NCBI GenBank assembly: GCA_035575945.1
Contig: DATLXF010000055.1
Location: forward strand, 3,727 to 67,726
Length of the DNA: 64,000 nt
Direction: 5' to 3'
Source of the DNA: Bradyrhizobium sp.
Lineage (GTDB): Bacteria > Pseudomonadota > Alphaproteobacteria > Rhizobiales > Xanthobacteraceae
Under the pieces are notes generated by a model. The model was not told the DNA's origin. It was given only the letters and a program-made list of their open reading frames with translations, and searched no databases. Both the position numbers and the translations under genes were made by a program. Position 1 is the first letter of the stretch; each line of letters begins with the position of its first letter. Below are positions 60,460-64,000 of the stretch, piece by piece.

Positions 60460-61056
60460 ATGCGGACTCTCGTTTCCAGCTTTCGGCTGCTCTCCTTCGT
60501 CGCACTCGCATTGTCGCTCGCGATCGTGACGCCATGCGCGGCGCAGACCGCAGAGCCCACTGCGGCGGGGCTCTGGCAGAAGGTCGAGGACGGCAGGACA
60601 GTGGGATGGTTCCTCTTCGTCGATCGCAACGGCGTGTTCGAAGGCGTGATCGCCAAGACCTTCCCGCGACCGACCGACGACCCGAACGAGGTCTGCTCCA
60701 AGTGCACCGACGATCGCAAGAACGCTCGGGTGCTCGGCCTCTCCTTCGTCCGCGACATGAAGCGCGAAGGACTGAAGTACGAAGGCGGCAATGTGCTCAA
60801 TCCGCGCGACGGCCAGATCTGGAAGGCCAACATGCGGGTCAGCCCCGACGGCCAGACCCTGACGCTGCGCGGCTACCTCGGCATCGCGCTGCTCGGCAAG
60901 GACGAAACCTGGACGCGCCTGCCGGACGCCAACATCGCGCAGGTGGATCCTGCCATCGTTGCGAAATATCTGCCGGCGCAGGCTGCGGCCGCGAAGCAAC
61001 CGGTACCCGCACCGAAGAAGGGCGGTGCCATGATGGCGCCGGCGCCGAAGCAGTAA
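60460..61056 (+). CDS. DUF2147 domain-containing secreted protein
   Basis: Signal peptide, [25 protein letters not shown]...G..ETWTR. Confidence 0.85.
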   Translation: MRTLVSSFRLLSFVALALSLAIVTPCAAQTAEPTAAGLWQKVEDGRTVGWFLFVDRNGVFEGVIAKTFPRPTDDPNEVCSKCTDDRKNARVLGLSFVRDMKREGLKYEGGNVLNPRDGQIWKANMRVSPDGQTLTLRGYLGIALLGKDETWTRLPDANIAQVDPAIVAKYLPAQAAAAKQPVPAPKKGGAMMAPAPKQ

Positions 61057-61165
61057 ATCAGCGGCGGTTCATCGAGAGACCAGCGCATGCCGGGTCCATA
61101 CAGTGGCTGCCCGGCATGCATGCTCGCCGGATGCTACCGCCGTCTGCAAGCGTGAGAAGAGCGGC

Positions 61166-61435
61166 TCAGCGCGCTTCGTGTTCCGAAGCCGCTCCCGCAA
61201 GCCGCTTGATCCGCGGCGACAGCACCGGCACCTGCGCGGGCGAGGCCGGCATGCCGGCGACCAGCATCGCCGGGCTCGCCGACTGCTCCTCGACGCCGGC
61301 GCCGCCGAGCACCCGCACCTGCGTCGCGGTGATCGGAAACGACGCCACTTCGTAGGACGGAAGCTCGCTGGCGAATGTCGTGGTTGAACCCGCGACCAAG
61401 GTGCCGGCAACGGCAATCATCGAGAGAACACGCAT
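61166..61435 (-). CDS. Small hypothetical secreted protein
   Basis: ggag RBS, signal-like N-terminus, ELPSYEVASFPITATQV...GMPASPAQV.VL.PR. Confidence 0.65.
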   Translation of the reverse strand: MRVLSMIAVAGTLVAGSTTTFASELPSYEVASFPITATQVRVLGGAGVEEQSASPAMLVAGMPASPAQVPVLSPRIKRLAGAASEHEAR

Positions 61436-61663
61436 GGAAAATCTCCGTGGAAGATGTCAATCGGAGTTTTGGTCGTCTCGATATCGGAAGAGGTTCGCCC
61501 GTGTGCGACTCGTTCCCATCGCTCTCGGCGCAGATAATGGTTGCTTGCTGCGCAACAACAAAACGCGGAAGAAGTTTTCCGCGCGATTTTTCCGGACAGT
61601 TTCGTGAACGGCGCCAAAACGGGATTGGACGAATCCTCATTGCGCTTCAAAGCTGTTGTTTGC

Positions 61664-61705
61664 GCATGATCTTCCCGGAGAACGGCTTCGCACATTTCCG
61701 GATCA
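61664..61705. repeat. Short degenerate palindromic repeat
   Basis: tgatcttcccggag...ttccggatca imperfect inverted arms next to the garD stop. Confidence 0.4.
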
Positions 61706-61717
61706 AGTTTGGTCTGT

Positions 61718-63259
61718 TCAGGTCACCGGCGCCGGATTGAACAGGGTCAGATTGTTGTGGATGCCCCAGCGGTCCGACCACGGCTTGGTGCGGCCGGAGG
61801 CGACGTCGAGGATCAGGCGGAACAGGTCCCAGCCACATTCCTCGATGGTCTTCTCGCCGGTGGCGATGCTGCCGGCGTCGAAATCGATCAGGTCTTTCCA
61901 GCGGCGCGCGAGCTCGCTGCGGGTCGCGACCTTGATCACCGGCGCGGCGGCCAGACCGTAGGGTGTGCCGCGGCCGGTGGTGAACACCTGCAAGGTCATG
62001 CCGGAGGCGAGCTGGAGCGTGCCGCAGATGAAGTCCGAGGCCGGCGTTGCCGCGAACAGCATGCCCTTCTGCGTCGCCTTCTCGCCGGGCGAGAGCACGC
62101 CGGTGATCGCGCTCGAGCCGGACTTCACGATCGAGCCCAATGACTTCTCGACGATGTTGGCAAGGCCGCCCTTCTTGTTGCCGGGCGTGGTGTTGGCGCT
62201 GCGGTCGGCGCCGCCGCGGGCGAGATAGGAATCGTACCAGGCCATCTCGCGCACCAGCGCCCGGCCGACGTCCTCGTTGATCGCGCGCCGCGTGAGCAGC
62301 TGGATGGCGTCGCGCACTTCCGTCACTTCCGAGAACATCACGGTGGCACCGGCTCGCACCAGGAGGTCCGCGGCAAATCCGACGGCGGGATTCGCGGTGA
62401 CGCCGGAAAAGGCGTCGCTGCCGCCGCATTGCAGGCCGATGACGAGATCGGAGGCCGGACAGGTCTCGCGCTTGCGCGTATTGAGCACCTTCAGGCGGGC
62501 TTCGGCCTGGGTCATGATGGCATCGACGATCGCACCGAAGCCTTCGAAGGCCTCGTCCTGCATGCGCACGATGGCATCGCTGACGCCTTCCGGCACCAGT
62601 CGCTCCGGCGCGAGCTTCTCGCAACCGAGGCCGACGACGAGGATCTCGCCGCCGAAATTCGGGTTCAGCGCGAGGTTCTGCAACGTGCGGATCGGCACGG
62701 CTGCATCAGGAGCGGTGATGGCGACGCCGCAGCCATAGGCGTGGGTCAGCGGCACGACGTCGTCGACGGCAGGATATTTCGGCAGCAGCTCGGCGCGGAT
62801 GCGCCTGACCGCATATTCCATCGTGCCCTTGACGCATTGCACGGAGGAAGAGATTCCGAGGATGTTCTTGGTACCGACCGAGCCGTCGGGATTTCGATAA
62901 CCCTCGAAGGTGAAGCCTTCGAGCGGCGGCTGCGCGGCGGGGACGGCGGTTGCGATCTCGAGCTTGTCGAGGTCAGGGGCCTCCGGCATGCGGATGCGCG
63001 CTTCGTCCACCCATTCGCCGGCCAGGATCGGCGACAGCGCGTGGCCGATCACCTCGCCGTAGCGGATGATCGGCGCGCCTTCCGTGATGTCGACCAGTGC
63101 CGTCTTGTGCCCCTGCGGCACGAAGGTGCGCAGCGTCAGCCCGCTGGCGAAGCGCGAGCCGGCGGGAAGCCCGAAATCATTGACCACGATGGCGACATTA
63201 TCGCGCTCGTTGAGCTTGATGTAGCGGGGCTGCTCCTTCGCTGCGACGTCCTGGTCCAT
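61718..63259 (-). CDS. garD: Galactarate dehydratase (UxaA/GarD family)
   Basis: N-terminal SAF domain (DNVAI, PQGHK), [42 protein letters not shown]. Confidence 0.93.
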   Translation of the reverse strand: MDQDVAAKEQPRYIKLNERDNVAIVVNDFGLPAGSRFASGLTLRTFVPQGHKTALVDITEGAPIIRYGEVIGHALSPILAGEWVDEARIRMPEAPDLDKLEIATAVPAAQPPLEGFTFEGYRNPDGSVGTKNILGISSSVQCVKGTMEYAVRRIRAELLPKYPAVDDVVPLTHAYGCGVAITAPDAAVPIRTLQNLALNPNFGGEILVVGLGCEKLAPERLVPEGVSDAIVRMQDEAFEGFGAIVDAIMTQAEARLKVLNTRKRETCPASDLVIGLQCGGSDAFSGVTANPAVGFAADLLVRAGATVMFSEVTEVRDAIQLLTRRAINEDVGRALVREMAWYDSYLARGGADRSANTTPGNKKGGLANIVEKSLGSIVKSGSSAITGVLSPGEKATQKGMLFAATPASDFICGTLQLASGMTLQVFTTGRGTPYGLAAAPVIKVATRSELARRWKDLIDFDAGSIATGEKTIEECGWDLFRLILDVASGRTKPWSDRWGIHNNLTLFNPAPVT

Positions 63260-63276
63260 GGAGGATTCCGGGATTT

Positions 63277-63363
63277 GTAGGGTGGGTTAGCGCAGCGTAA
63301 CCCACCAATGTCTTTATGTTCGGAGGCAGAAGAGGTGGGTTGCGCTGCGCTAACCCACCCTAC
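63277..63363. repeat. GTAG-type REP doublet (second family)
   Basis: gtagggtgggttagcgcagcgtaacccacc...ggtgggttgcgctgcgctaacccaccctac inverted arms. Confidence 0.9.
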
Positions 63364-63371
63364 GAAGCCCG

Positions 63372-64000
63372 TCAGCCCGGATTGGTGTAGGCCGTCTTCA
63401 CCATCGTGTAGAATTCGCGCGCGTAGGAGCCCTGCTCGCGGGCGCCGTAGCTCGAGCCCTTCCGGCCGCCGAACGGCACGTGATAATCGACGCCGGCGGT
63501 CGGCAGATTGACCATCACCATGCCGGATTCGCTGTTGCGCTTGTAGTGCGAGGCGTATTTCAGGCTGGTGGTGCAGATGCCGGAGGCGAGGCCGAACTCG
63601 GTATCGTTGGAGATGGCGAGCGCCTCTTCGTAATTCTTGGCGCGAATGACGGCGGCGACCGGGCCAAAGATCTCCTCGCGTGCGATGCGCATGTTGTTGT
63701 TGGCCTCGGTGAACAGCGCCGGCTGCAGGTAGTGGCCGGGGTTCTCGCGCTTCAGCAACTCGCCACCGAAGGCGAGCTTGGCGCCCTCGTCCTGGCCGAT
63801 CTTAATGTAGCGCAGGTCCTGGTCGAGCTGGCTCTGGTCGACCACGGGGCCGATATGCACGCCGGCCTTGAGCGCGTCGTCCACCGACAGGCTGTTCAGG
63901 CGCTCGGCCACGGCGGCGACGAAACGGTCGTGGATACCCTCGGTGACGATCAAGCGCGAGGAGGCGGTGCAGCGCTGGCCGGTCGAGAAATAGGCGCCGT
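63372..64000 (-). CDS. Aldehyde dehydrogenase, probably 2-oxoglutarate semialdehyde dehydrogenase (5' part outside the window)
   Basis: YFSTGQRCTAS catalytic Cys region, EEIFGPV, PFGGRKGS; lies upstream of garD. Confidence 0.88.
   Translation of the reverse strand, partial: GAYFSTGQRCTASSRLIVTEGIHDRFVAAVAERLNSLSVDDALKAGVHIGPVVDQSQLDQDLRYIKIGQDEGAKLAFGGELLKRENPGHYLQPALFTEANNNMRIAREEIFGPVAAVIRAKNYEEALAISNDTEFGLASGICTTSLKYASHYKRNSESGMVMVNLPTAGVDYHVPFGGRKGSSYGAREQGSYAREFYTMVKTAYTNPG

Overview
This is a GC-rich alphaproteobacterial chromosomal region. Gene content, protein sequences and repeat families point strongly to Bradyrhizobium or a close Nitrobacteraceae relative. It is mostly core genome. 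In order: metK-ahcY; a flavin monooxygenase; lpxO; a frameshifted Spy/CpxP-like gene; a large LPS/cell-envelope cluster (MsbA-like exporter, galE, lpcC, rfaF, rfaD, hldE, O-antigen ligase, WbpM-like dehydratase, epimerases, manC, GnnA/GnnB-like pair, murJ); a short lower-GC patch followed by a DUF1127-DUF1152 pair; an orphan Mo-hydroxylase large subunit with c-type cytochromes; thiD; a PlcP/Agt-like pair; a secreted caspase-family protein; an Mla/MCE ABC operon; a ~1,920-aa apolipoprotein-repeat polar-growth protein; Hpt, ferredoxin and its reductase; garD; and a partial aldehyde dehydrogenase. Many intergenic palindromic REP-like repeats are present. I saw no rRNA, tRNA, CRISPR array, transposase or phage genes. 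The most interesting unexplained signals are (1) a 25-codon leader ORF with competing hairpins and an intrinsic terminator (an apparent attenuator) upstream of the DUF1127/DUF1152 genes, (2) a perfect CtrA box before a 51-aa ORF missing from the ORF track, and (3) a 16-17-bp tandem array directly before a DUF2147 gene. All product calls come from motif recognition only; no database searches were run.
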